From a candidate division WOR-3 bacterium (GTDB taxonomy: Bacteria > Hydrothermota > Tepidihabitantia > B3-TA06): a stretch of 46,345 bases of DNA. This document shows, piece after piece, positions 1-8,410 of this stretch. The notes beneath the pieces are model-generated. The model was not told the origin of the DNA. It saw nothing but the letters and a program-made list of their open reading frames with translations, and ran no database searches. Made by a program: the position numbers and the translations under genes. Position 1 is the first letter of the stretch. The number at the start of each line of letters is the position of its first letter. The stretch is from assembly GCA_965649265.1 (NCBI GenBank), contig CBFGKC010000002.1:60655-106999 (forward strand). The letters are read 5' to 3'.

Positions 1-91
1 TAATCTTATAACAAAGGGACCGTCAGGTCTTCGTTTCAGAGAACTCACCGAATGCAACTTCGTACCTCTCCTTCCGGGTCATACGGGGTAA
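1..91 (+). CDS. pcm: 3' end of probable protein-L-isoaspartate O-methyltransferase (partial)
   Basis: Frame from nt 2 reads NLITKGPSGLRFRELTECNFVPLLPGHTG* (TAA 89-91); C-terminal C-x-FVPL-x(2)-G resembles Pcm; only 29 aa visible. Confidence 0.55.
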   Translation, partial: NLITKGPSGLRFRELTECNFVPLLPGHTG

Positions 92-153
92 TCTAAGAGT
101 GATTTAAGATCGCCGCATAAGAACAGCCCAAATCCGAAGGATGATGTGTTTTG

Positions 154-182
154 TTGACAATCAAAGAAGCATTTCGTATAAT
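154..182 (+). promoter_or_regulatory. sigma70 promoter of tRNA-Pro/hpt operon
   Basis: TTGACA (154-159), 17 bp, TATAAT (177-182): exact consensus, 8 nt before the tRNA. Confidence 0.85.
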
Positions 183-190
183 TCTTTTTG

Positions 191-265
191 CGGGGCGTAG
201 CGCAGCCCGGATAGCGCGCTTGGTTCGGGACCAAGAAGTCGGTGGTTCAAATCCACTCGCCCCGA
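191..265 (+). tRNA. tRNA-Pro (CGG), CCA not encoded
   Basis: Acceptor CGGGGCG/CGCCCCG+A, anticodon arm CTTGG-TTCGGGA-CCAAG, T arm GGTGG-TTCAAAT-CCACT. Confidence 0.97.
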
Positions 266-274
266 TTTTTTTTC

Positions 275-808
275 ATGAAGAAGGATCCCAAGATAATTCC
301 GCTAATTACGGCGGAGGAGATAGCCGATCGCGTTGCGCAACTCGCGGTAGAACTTAGCGAGGATTATGCAGGAAAGAACCCAATCCTTGTCGGGATATTG
401 CGTGGAGCATGGGTTTTCTTAGCTGACCTCTCGAGAGCTATGTCCATTCCCCACCATGCGGATTTCGTTCAGCTCTCAAGCTATGGTTCCGGAACCGAGT
501 CTTCTGGAAATGTGAAGGTTTTGAAAGATCTTTCTTTGGAAATAGAGAATCGCAATGTCATACTAATTGAAGACATAGTCGACAGCGGACAAACCATATC
601 CAAACTTATAATTCTTCTCAAGGAAAGAAAACCGGCATCCATCGCTGTTTGTTCCTTGCTTGATAAGCCGGAACGCCATGAGATTGAAGTCAAGATAGAT
701 TATTTGGGATTCTCGGTTCCTAATAAATTCATTGTTGGTTACGGGCTTGACTGGGACGACCGCTTCAGACACCTTCCCTATGTGGGTTTTCTTGAATTCC
801 AGGAGTAG
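275..808 (+). CDS. hpt: hypoxanthine phosphoribosyltransferase
   Basis: GILRGA, SSYG, PRPP motif ILIEDIVDSGQT, LLDK, FIVGYGLD. Start moved to ATG 275 because 242 lies inside the tRNA. Confidence 0.95.
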   Translation: MKKDPKIIPLITAEEIADRVAQLAVELSEDYAGKNPILVGILRGAWVFLADLSRAMSIPHHADFVQLSSYGSGTESSGNVKVLKDLSLEIENRNVILIEDIVDSGQTISKLIILLKERKPASIAVCSLLDKPERHEIEVKIDYLGFSVPNKFIVGYGLDWDDRFRHLPYVGFLEFQE

Positions 809-814
809 AAAAAC

Positions 815-1273
815 GTGGGAAGAAGAATTCAGATAGGGGTGATAGGGGCAAGATACTGCTCACCTAAAACCTCGTCGGTAGCAGAAGAACTTGGACGACT
901 CATTGCAAAAGAAGGTTGGGTGCTTATCAGTGGAGGACACGGTGGAGTAATGGAAGCCGCATGTAAAGGCGCATATGAGGAGGAAGGTGTCACAATCGGG
1001 ATTCTTCCTGAATCAGGCGAGACGAAGGCCAACCCATACCTCACGCATGTAATAAAGACCGGGATGGCTGAGGCTCGCAACGTAATAATCGTTCATACAT
1101 CAGACGTTCTGGTCGCAGTTGACGGGAAATATGGCACTCTTTCTGAGATCGCGCTCGCTCTTGCCCGCAAAAAAAACGTTTTGGGAATAGAGACATGGAA
1201 TATACCGGGTGTAGAAGAGCTAATAGACCCTGAAGAGGCAATAATAAGAATCAAGGAAATACTTGGTGAGTGA
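815..1273 (+). CDS. TIGR00725/LOG-family Rossmann-fold nucleotide-binding protein
   Basis: IGVIG, SGGHGGVMEAACKGA, TIGILP, TGMAEARNVI, GKYGTLSEIALA. Confidence 0.85.
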   Translation: MGRRIQIGVIGARYCSPKTSSVAEELGRLIAKEGWVLISGGHGGVMEAACKGAYEEEGVTIGILPESGETKANPYLTHVIKTGMAEARNVIIVHTSDVLVAVDGKYGTLSEIALALARKKNVLGIETWNIPGVEELIDPEEAIIRIKEILGE

Positions 1274-1550
1274 TGCAAGGCTTCATGTTATAGTTCAGGG
1301 TCTTGTGCAGGGCGTTAGCTTTCGCTACTTTACAATCAGACTGGCCGAAAAACTGAATCTGACAGGCTGGGTTCGAAACGTCGGGAGGGACAAAGTGGAA
1401 ACAGTAGCAGAGGGGGAGGAGGATTCACTCAAGGCGTTTCTTGCGGAAATACGAATTGGTCCCCCGTCAGCTCACGTAACTAACATTGAGATCAAATGGA
1501 GTAAACCGCTTTATGATCTTAAATACTTTCAATTAAAATATGATGAATAA
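1266..1550 (+). CDS. acyP: acylphosphatase
   Basis: GLVQGVSFR, LTGWVRN, VETVAEG, GPPSAHV; GTG 1266 (or TTG 1263) overlaps the upstream stop. Confidence 0.93.
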   Translation: MSDARLHVIVQGLVQGVSFRYFTIRLAEKLNLTGWVRNVGRDKVETVAEGEEDSLKAFLAEIRIGPPSAHVTNIEIKWSKPLYDLKYFQLKYDE

Positions 1551-1556
1551 CAAGGA

Positions 1557-1583
1557 AAGAGGCCTGGATTCTCCAGGCCTCTT
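1557..1583. terminator. hairpin terminator between convergent operons
   Basis: Perfect 12-bp inverted repeat AAGAGGCCTGGA-TTC-TCCAGGCCTCTT. Confidence 0.8.
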
Positions 1584-1599
1584 AAAATCCTGCCAGACT

Positions 1600-2100
1600 T
1601 CAAGCCAGACCTAATTTCTTTCTGGTCGCAGGAATGAGACCACCCTGGACAATAAGATCCAGGATAAAAGCAGGCAGTGGTTCAAAAGAGATTTCTTTTC
1701 CTGTTGTAAGATTCATAAGTTTCCCTGCCGACAAATCGATCTCTATCTCGTCACCTTCAGAGATATGCTTGCGGACATCTGGTACTATCGCGATCGGCAG
1801 ACCGAGGTTGATGGCATTTCTGTAGAATATTCGTGCGAATGATTCGGCAACGACGCAGCCGATGCCGAAGTAGCGAATGGCTGTGGCCGCTTGTTCTCTG
1901 GAGGAACCGCAACCGAAGTACTTGCCGGCTACGATAATGTCACCGGCCTTGGCCTTGGTCCGAAAATCAGGATAGACAGTTTCGAAGAGATACTGAGGGG
2001 TTTCTTCGGCATCCGTCACCTTCATGTAGCGACCGGGATAGATTACGTCGGTATTGACGTCGTCGGGAAAAATCCATGCTTTGCCTTTAACCGGATCCAT
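1600..2100 (-). CDS. LeuD/HacB/DmdB-family aconitase small (swivel) subunit
   Basis: DVNTDVIYPGRY, FGCGSSREQA, AESFARIFYRNAINLGLP; ATG 2100 preceded by GGAGG; substrate uncertain. Confidence 0.9.
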   Translation of the reverse strand: MDPVKGKAWIFPDDVNTDVIYPGRYMKVTDAEETPQYLFETVYPDFRTKAKAGDIIVAGKYFGCGSSREQAATAIRYFGIGCVVAESFARIFYRNAINLGLPIAIVPDVRKHISEGDEIEIDLSAGKLMNLTTGKEISFEPLPAFILDLIVQGGLIPATRKKLGLA

Positions 2101-2101
2101 C

Positions 2102-3364
2102 TTATGCCTCCAGATATTTGCGCGGATCGGCAATCACGCCTTCTAAAGCCGAAGCGGCAACAGTAGCTGGTGATGCTAGGTATACGAAAGCTTCGGCAGA
2201 ACCCATTCTTCCTTGGAAGTTGCGGTTCGTTGAGGTTATGGCGGCCTCGCCAGGAGCAAGACATCCTTCGTGTGCACCCAGGCATGGTCCGCACCCGGCA
2301 TTGATCAAGACAGCGCCGGAATCGACCAGGGTTTCGATAATACCTTCCTTGAGGGCGTCTGAGAATACCTTCCAGGATGCCGGAATAACAAGCAGCCGGA
2401 CTTCCTTGTGTACTTTCCTTCCCTTTAGAATCTTTGCCGCTTCACGAAGATCATCAAGCCTGCCATTGGTACATGAGCCTACTACGGCCTGGTGGATCTT
2501 TGTTCCTTTAACGTCTGCGATTGGTTTCACGTTATCTACTCCGTGAGGACACGCCACCTGGGGTACGAGCTTTGCAGCGTCGATGTGGTGTTCGGAGAGA
2601 TAGCTTGCACCGGGATCGGCTTTCAGCATCTCGTAGGAACCTTTAGCTCGAGGTTTGACCCACGCCTCAGTGACGGCATCGGGCTCGACGAAGGCAACCT
2701 TGGCTCCGGCTTCCATTGCGAGATTAGAAAGCACCATTCTAGATGAAATGTCCATTGCCGAAATCGTGGAACCCGAGAATTCGATTGCCTTGTAGTCCGC
2801 ACCGTCGGCGCCGATCGTGCCGATGATGTTGAGGATCACGTCCTTTGCATAAACACCTTCGGGAAGCTTACCGTCGATCGTGAACTTGAGGGTTTCGGGC
2901 ACGAGAAGCCAAAGCTCGCCGGTGGCCCATACTGCGGACATTTCCGTAGCACCTATTCCTGTCGCAAATGCGCCAAGAGCGCCCGCCGTAGTAGTATGTG
3001 AGTCAGTACCGACTAGAAGTATACCGGGTCGAGAGAAACCTTCCTCCACGAGTACCTGGTGGCAGACTCCCACATTGATATCGTAGAAGTTCTTGATTCC
3101 TTGTGCCTTTACGAACTCGCGAAGTTCCATCTGACCGGCGGCGGTGCGTTCGGACTCAGCCGGGACACGGTGATCGAAGATGATCATTATTTTGTCAGGG
3201 TCCCAGACTTTCTTGACGCCGATCTTTTCGAAAGAGAGCTTGACCATGCGGCCGTTTTCGTGAGACATGGCCACATCAACCTTTCCTGAAACTATCTTAC
3301 CGGCGTGAACTTCCTTCTGGCCTGACTTTTTGGCAAGGATTTTCTCTGCTAAAGTCATCGGCAT
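2102..3364 (-). CDS. LeuC/HacA/DmdA-family aconitase large subunit (archaeal-type, 420 aa)
   Basis: DH, GVCHQ, GTDSHTTTAGA, GSCTNGR, GCGPCLG, STNRNFQGRMG, YLASP. Confidence 0.93.
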   Translation of the reverse strand: MPMTLAEKILAKKSGQKEVHAGKIVSGKVDVAMSHENGRMVKLSFEKIGVKKVWDPDKIMIIFDHRVPAESERTAAGQMELREFVKAQGIKNFYDINVGVCHQVLVEEGFSRPGILLVGTDSHTTTAGALGAFATGIGATEMSAVWATGELWLLVPETLKFTIDGKLPEGVYAKDVILNIIGTIGADGADYKAIEFSGSTISAMDISSRMVLSNLAMEAGAKVAFVEPDAVTEAWVKPRAKGSYEMLKADPGASYLSEHHIDAAKLVPQVACPHGVDNVKPIADVKGTKIHQAVVGSCTNGRLDDLREAAKILKGRKVHKEVRLLVIPASWKVFSDALKEGIIETLVDSGAVLINAGCGPCLGAHEGCLAPGEAAITSTNRNFQGRMGSAEAFVYLASPATVAASALEGVIADPRKYLEA

Positions 3365-3372
3365 AACAACTC

Positions 3373-4284
3373 CTATTTTCCTCCGTATTTCTGGTCAACG
3401 ACTGATTTGGGCAGGAAGCGCTTCTCCAACTCCGTGTATTCGGGGAGCCCGACAACCTTCTTGAACTCGGCAAAAGTGCACAAGAGATCGGTTCGGTCAG
3501 GCATTATACCGCGATCCTTGAGAACGGACAAGTATTCACGAAGCGCCTTGACCACTACGAACATGGTTCCTACAGGAACCGAGATGCGAGCAACACCAAG
3601 CGCCTTAAGTTCCTCGACAGGGATAAGCGGAGTCTTGCCGCCGACCACTGAATCGAAGAGGTTTATGGATACCGGGGCGTTGATTCGCTTAACTGCGTCG
3701 TGAATCATCTCCTTACTCGTAGGAGCCTCGATAAAGATCATGTCAGCGCCGGCCTTTGCATAGGCGTTGGCTCGTTTAATTGCATCTTCGTACCCGGAAA
3801 TCGCGATAGCGTCAGTCCTCGCGTTGATGACGAAATCGGGATCGAGCTCTTTTCTCGCCTCGACTGCCGCCTCTATCTTGAGGACCATCTCCTCCTCACT
3901 GACCAATTGCTTACCCTCCATGTGACCGCAGCGCTTTGGAAAAACCTGATCTTCGATGTTGAATCCCGCAGCACCTACCTGAATGAAATCCTTAACGGTT
4001 CTAATTACGTTAAGGGCATTCCCAAAACCTGTGTCTCCGTCTCCCATGACCGGTATTCCGACTTCGCTTGAGATTCTCCATGTCATATCGAGCATCTCGT
4101 TCCAGCCGAGGAGTCCCACGTCAGGTTTTCCCAGAAGACATGCGGAGATTCCGAACCCGGAAGCCTGAGTGAGTTCGAACCCTGCTTCTTCGATTAACTT
4201 TGCACTGAGTACATCGTAGCAACCCGGAGCAACAACGGCCCGGCGTTCATTTATCATCTTCTTTAATTGAGTCGTTTTTTTCAC
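3373..4284 (-). CDS. isocitrate lyase/PEP mutase family C-C lyase (PrpB/2,3-dimethylmalate lyase-like)
   Basis: PGCYD..SA, DGDTGFG, IEDQVFPKRCGH catalytic loop, NARTDA, GADMIFIE; GTG 4284 preceded by GGAGG. Confidence 0.9.
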   Translation of the reverse strand: MKKTTQLKKMINERRAVVAPGCYDVLSAKLIEEAGFELTQASGFGISACLLGKPDVGLLGWNEMLDMTWRISSEVGIPVMGDGDTGFGNALNVIRTVKDFIQVGAAGFNIEDQVFPKRCGHMEGKQLVSEEEMVLKIEAAVEARKELDPDFVINARTDAIAISGYEDAIKRANAYAKAGADMIFIEAPTSKEMIHDAVKRINAPVSINLFDSVVGGKTPLIPVEELKALGVARISVPVGTMFVVVKALREYLSVLKDRGIMPDRTDLLCTFAEFKKVVGLPEYTELEKRFLPKSVVDQKYGGK

Positions 4285-4315
4285 GAATTTCCTCCAATTG
4301 TCTTTGCGTACGGTA

Positions 4316-4344
4316 AGTATAGACACGTTTTCAAATCAAGTCAA
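4316..4344 (-). promoter_or_regulatory. sigma70 promoter of lyase-leuCD operon
   Basis: Minus strand TTGACT-17 bp-TATACT. Confidence 0.65.
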
Positions 4345-4423
4345 CAAGCATTCTCGCTGATCAATTTAAAAGGTCCAGCGGCTTGGAAAACCCCAGCTCT
4401 TACGTTAAAATATTTTACCCTGA

Positions 4424-5644
4424 TTACAATCCCTGATCGTAGGCATCTTCACCGTGCAAGGATTTATCGAGTCCGTTTTCTTCTTCGATCTTGGTTACCC
4501 TTACAGGTGTTATCTTGTTGATAAGCCAAAGCATTCCGTAGGTAAATCCAAAGGCGTAAACGGATGATCCCAGACCAGCCGCAAGTTGTTTGAGGAAGAA
4601 GCCCGGATTGCCCAAAAGAAGTCCGTTTACACCGCCTGTCGGATTGACTGCGGAATTGGCGAATATGCCCAAAAGGATTATGCCGATAAAACCACCAACG
4701 CCGTGAACGCCCCATACATCAAGCGCGTCATCGAGCTTCAAGCGGTTCTTCAATGAAACCGCGAGATAGCATACTCCGCCGGCGATAAGTCCAATGAAGA
4801 CCGAACTCGTTGTCGTTACGTAGCCGGCGGCCGGAGTGACGGTTGCAAGACCGGCAACGGCACCGGTAAGAAGTCCCACGAATTTCGGTTTCTTCTCGAA
4901 AATCCACGCAAGTATGAGCCAAACGACGGCGGCAAAGGATGCCGCAACGTCAGTATTCAAAAAGGCTTGCGCGGTAACTGAATCGACCGCGAATTCACTC
5001 CCGGCATTGAATCCGTACCAGCCAAACCACAGGAGTCCAGTCCCAAGGGCAACGAGCGGTATGCTGTGAGGACCTCTGTCCTTGACCTGTCTTTTACCGA
5101 CGAATAACACCGATGCGAGAGCGGCCATACCGGCTATATTGTGGACTACTATTCCCCCGGCAAAATCGCGAACACCCCATCTGGCGAGTATACCACCACC
5201 CCAAATCATGTGGACAAATGGAAAGTAAACCAAAAGAAGCCAGAGTACGAGGAAAATAAGATACGCCGGAAACTTTACACGGTTGGTGAAAGCACCCGTA
5301 ATCAGAGCGGGAGTAATGATTGCGAACATCATCTGATAGGCGATGAAAACAATAACAGGAATGCTCGGGTTCACGGGTGAAGGTGTTGAAGTAGTTATAC
5401 CCATCATGAAAGCATTATCCAGATTACCTATGATTCCCCCCACGTCTCCGCTGAAACACAGGGAATAACCGACGGCATACCAGAGAACCGTGGTAACCCC
5501 CATTGAGACAAAACTTTGTATCATGATGGTTAGAACATTCTTACGGCCTACGAGACCGCCGTAGAAAAAAGCTAGGCCGGGCGTCATGAGCATTACAAGA
5601 CTCGTCGCCAGAAGCATGAAGCCGGTATTACCTGTGTCAAACAT
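4424..5644 (-). CDS. amtB: ammonium transporter
   Basis: LMTPGLAFFYGG, YQMMFAIITPAL, HMIWGGG, DFAGGIVVH, LLWFGWYGFNAGS, DDALDVWGVHG; ATG 5644 preceded by AGGAG. Confidence 0.96.
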   Translation of the reverse strand: MFDTGNTGFMLLATSLVMLMTPGLAFFYGGLVGRKNVLTIMIQSFVSMGVTTVLWYAVGYSLCFSGDVGGIIGNLDNAFMMGITTSTPSPVNPSIPVIVFIAYQMMFAIITPALITGAFTNRVKFPAYLIFLVLWLLLVYFPFVHMIWGGGILARWGVRDFAGGIVVHNIAGMAALASVLFVGKRQVKDRGPHSIPLVALGTGLLWFGWYGFNAGSEFAVDSVTAQAFLNTDVAASFAAVVWLILAWIFEKKPKFVGLLTGAVAGLATVTPAAGYVTTTSSVFIGLIAGGVCYLAVSLKNRLKLDDALDVWGVHGVGGFIGIILLGIFANSAVNPTGGVNGLLLGNPGFFLKQLAAGLGSSVYAFGFTYGMLWLINKITPVRVTKIEEENGLDKSLHGEDAYDQGL

Positions 5645-5816
5645 GTGCTTTACTCCTTTTGTTGAGGCATTACCGCCACCTTTTGAAGATTCAACTTCCA
5701 ACCAAGAGTGTCTTTGTGCTTTTTTTGTTCTCTGCTTTTAATGCCTAATTAATCACGATAGCGCATCAACGATTTAAAAAGTATTCGACGGATTCTATTA
5801 CGAGGATTATGGAGAA

Positions 5817-5845
5817 AGTATAGGCTCCCAGGAAAAGGTTGTCAA
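5817..5845 (-). promoter_or_regulatory. sigma70 promoter of amtB
   Basis: Minus strand TTGACA-17 bp-TATACT, back-to-back with the rarA promoter. Confidence 0.7.
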
Positions 5846-5849
5846 GCAT

Positions 5850-5877
5850 TTGACTCCATCCACCTATCACTTATAAT
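5850..5877 (+). promoter_or_regulatory. sigma70 promoter of rarA
   Basis: TTGACT-16 bp-TATAAT, 5 nt before GTG 5883. Confidence 0.7.
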
Positions 5878-5882
5878 GATGT

Positions 5883-7235
5883 GTGGATATGTTCACAGAC
5901 AGAGAAACAAGGACTGATGACTCTACTGAGGCTCCACTTGCAGAAAGGATGCGGCCGCGGAATCTGGATGAATTCACCGGCCAGGAGCATCTTGTAGGAA
6001 AAGAACGACCTCTCCGGAAGCTTATTGAATCAGGGCGGCTGCCTTCTATGATTTTCTGGGGTCCCCCCGGGTCTGGAAAAACATCACTTGCCTTTCTGAT
6101 TTCGACACTTGTTAACGCCGACTTTGTGGCAAAGAGCGCGGTTACTGCCGGAATAAAGGACATCAAGGAGATTGTCGAACGAGCCAGACTGGTCTGGAAG
6201 GCTCACCGTAAAAGGACTATTCTTTTCCTTGATGAAATTCACCGGTTCAACAAGGCTCAACAGGACGCTTTTCTTCCACACGTGGAAAAGGGAACCATAA
6301 CCCTGATTGGAGCGACAACTGAGAACCCTTCCTTCGAGGTGATAGGACCGCTACTTTCACGCTCGAGGGTATTCGTTTTCAATCCATTGACTATCGAAGA
6401 CTTGAAGAGAATAATGCTCCAGGCATTGTCTGATGAGCGTGGGCTTAGTGCATTGAAACCTGAAGCTTCAGATGATGTGCTAGATTTCATAATAAAGATC
6501 TCAGATGGGGATGCGAGGCGCGCCCTGAATGCCCTTGAGGCGGCCGTGAACGTGACTGAACCCGACGAGAATGGACGACGAATAGTTACCGCGAAGATTG
6601 CGGAGGCTGTTCTTGAGAGAAAGTTTCTGTTGTACGACAAGGCAGGAGAGGAGCATTACAATCTCATATCGGCATTCATTAAATCGACGAGAGGCTCGGA
6701 CCCTGACGCCGCAGTATACTGGTTGATAAGGATGATCGATTCGGGAGAGGATCCCCTCTTTCTTGCAAGAAGGATGGTTATCCTTGCCGGAGAGGATATA
6801 GGACTTGCCGATCCCCAGGCGCTTGTCGTAGCCAACGCGGCAAAGGACGCCGTCCATTTTGTCGGATACCCGGAATGCGTCTTCCACTTGACTGAGGCTG
6901 CCATTTATCTAGCACTCGCTCCCAAATCCAACGCGACGTTGAGGGCGATTCAGGCCGCTCGCAAGGATGTTCAGGATTCGCAGGCGGAGCCTGTACCCAT
7001 CCATCTAAGGAACGCACCTACAAAGCTCATGAAGGAGTTGGGGTACGGCAAGGATTACCAGTACCCGCATTCGTATGCGGATGCCGTGGAGGAACAAAAC
7101 TACCGACCTAAGACGGTCGAGGGACATATCTATTACGATCCGACGGAAAGAGGCTTTGAGGCCAAGTTGAAGGAAAGACTGAAAGTACTAAGGGAGTCCA
7201 AAAGGAAAATGAGGGAAAGAAAACTGAAACCCTAG
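5883..7235 (+). CDS. rarA: replication-associated recombination protein A (MgsA AAA+ ATPase)
   Basis: PLAERMRP, Walker A WGPPGSGKT, LFLDEIHRFNKAQQD, GATTENPSFEV, HYNLISAFIKS.RGSDPDAA, VPIHLRNAPT; start 5883 or 5889. Confidence 0.96.
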   Translation: MDMFTDRETRTDDSTEAPLAERMRPRNLDEFTGQEHLVGKERPLRKLIESGRLPSMIFWGPPGSGKTSLAFLISTLVNADFVAKSAVTAGIKDIKEIVERARLVWKAHRKRTILFLDEIHRFNKAQQDAFLPHVEKGTITLIGATTENPSFEVIGPLLSRSRVFVFNPLTIEDLKRIMLQALSDERGLSALKPEASDDVLDFIIKISDGDARRALNALEAAVNVTEPDENGRRIVTAKIAEAVLERKFLLYDKAGEEHYNLISAFIKSTRGSDPDAAVYWLIRMIDSGEDPLFLARRMVILAGEDIGLADPQALVVANAAKDAVHFVGYPECVFHLTEAAIYLALAPKSNATLRAIQAARKDVQDSQAEPVPIHLRNAPTKLMKELGYGKDYQYPHSYADAVEEQNYRPKTVEGHIYYDPTERGFEAKLKERLKVLRESKRKMRERKLKP

Positions 7236-8395
7236 AATAATATACGATCCAGTTCTTTTCTCAAAGACTCGAGGGCTTTTTCGAATTTGGGTTTATTACC
7301 AGGCAGGTTTGGCCAGCGATTAAGGCCGGATGGATGAGGAAGTACCATAATTGAAACCTTGCGGTCAAAGATGCGACGCTCCAGTTTTTCTCCTACAAGA
7401 TTCATACCTTCTTCCTTGCCTAGAATTGTCTTTGCTGCGAGCGAACCTATCAAGACGAGAAGTTTAGGTCTGGCATGAGAAAATTCATGTTCCAGCCACG
7501 GCAGACAATTCGCTTTTTGCAGGGAGGAGGGGGATGCGTCATCTTTTCCGTTAGGGCCTACACCTGGCCAGCACTTGGCTACTGCCGTAATATGCGAGTT
7601 GGAGCGAACTTGCTCCTCTGAATAACCGAGGGCATCGAACCAGGACCATAGCTTTTTTCCGGCAGGACCCGAGAACGGGATACCACTTTCTATCTCACGC
7701 TTCCCTGGAGCCTGCCCGATGATCATGAGAGGACGATTCGCGCCGCCCTGGAATATTACCCTGGGCGTGAGAAAATCCCTGCATTGCTTGCACATACGCA
7801 ATTTGTCTGCAAGGATTTTAAAACTTTTCGCTTGCTCTGAGATTATCTTTTTGCGTGCCTCTGAAGAGGGCAAACAGCCGCAGTAATCCTGGCGGTAGAG
7901 CCCGAGCTTTGCCGACCACTCAAGACTCTTTTTGAAACCCTCCGACTTTTTGAAGTCCTCGGATAAAAACTTGATGTTATATTTCTCGGAAAGCTCTTCA
8001 CCCATCTTCATGAGCCAGCCGAAGGATTTGTGTGGGCTTACTGAAAGAGTAGTTGTGAAATAATCGAATCCCTTTTCGCGAGCGAGGCTTGCCGTTTCCT
8101 CAAGACGCAGTCTGTAACAGGTTTCGCATCGCCTACCCTTTTCGGGTTCGTTTTCCTGACCTCGGGTTGCCTCTACCCATGAATCAATATCCCTTTCTCC
8201 TACGATGAGGACGAATCCCATAGCACCGGCCACCTTAACGACATCAGCAAGGCGTCTGACGTATTCACTCTCCGGCTCTATCTGGGAATTGTAAAAATAT
8301 CCCGTTACTTCAAAACGGTCCTTAAGTCGTTCATATACCGAGGTCGCATCTGGTGCGCAACATATATGCAACAATAATTTCGGCCTTGAAATCAT
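7232..8395 (-). CDS. queH: epoxyqueuosine reductase QueH fused to a C-terminal uracil-DNA glycosylase-family domain
   Basis: N-terminal LLLHICCAPD, EPEKGRRCETCYRLRL, FTTTLSVSPHK, YRQDYCGC; C-terminal CKQC, IIGQAPG, PFSGPAGKKL, KCWPG, LPHPSG. Confidence 0.88.
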   Translation of the reverse strand: MISRPKLLLHICCAPDATSVYERLKDRFEVTGYFYNSQIEPESEYVRRLADVVKVAGAMGFVLIVGERDIDSWVEATRGQENEPEKGRRCETCYRLRLEETASLAREKGFDYFTTTLSVSPHKSFGWLMKMGEELSEKYNIKFLSEDFKKSEGFKKSLEWSAKLGLYRQDYCGCLPSSEARKKIISEQAKSFKILADKLRMCKQCRDFLTPRVIFQGGANRPLMIIGQAPGKREIESGIPFSGPAGKKLWSWFDALGYSEEQVRSNSHITAVAKCWPGVGPNGKDDASPSSLQKANCLPWLEHEFSHARPKLLVLIGSLAAKTILGKEEGMNLVGEKLERRIFDRKVSIMVLPHPSGLNRWPNLPGNKPKFEKALESLRKELDRILF

Positions 8396-8410
8396 AACGG
8401 ATTACAGATC

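Noticed and set aside
151-357. 68-aa ORF and the 242 start of hpt
   Set aside because: Both overlap the tRNA-Pro gene or its promoter; they are translations of tRNA sequence
1600-3364. Calling the pair leuC/leuD for leucine biosynthesis
   Set aside because: No leuA/leuB nearby and the pair is coupled to an ICL-family lyase; substrate cannot be fixed from motifs
5700-5740. ANTAR or glnA riboswitch motif in the amtB leader (CAAAGAC also occurs near 4300 and 37540)
   Set aside because: No paired twin hairpins around the hexaloop and no glnA-motif consensus; short matches are expected by chance
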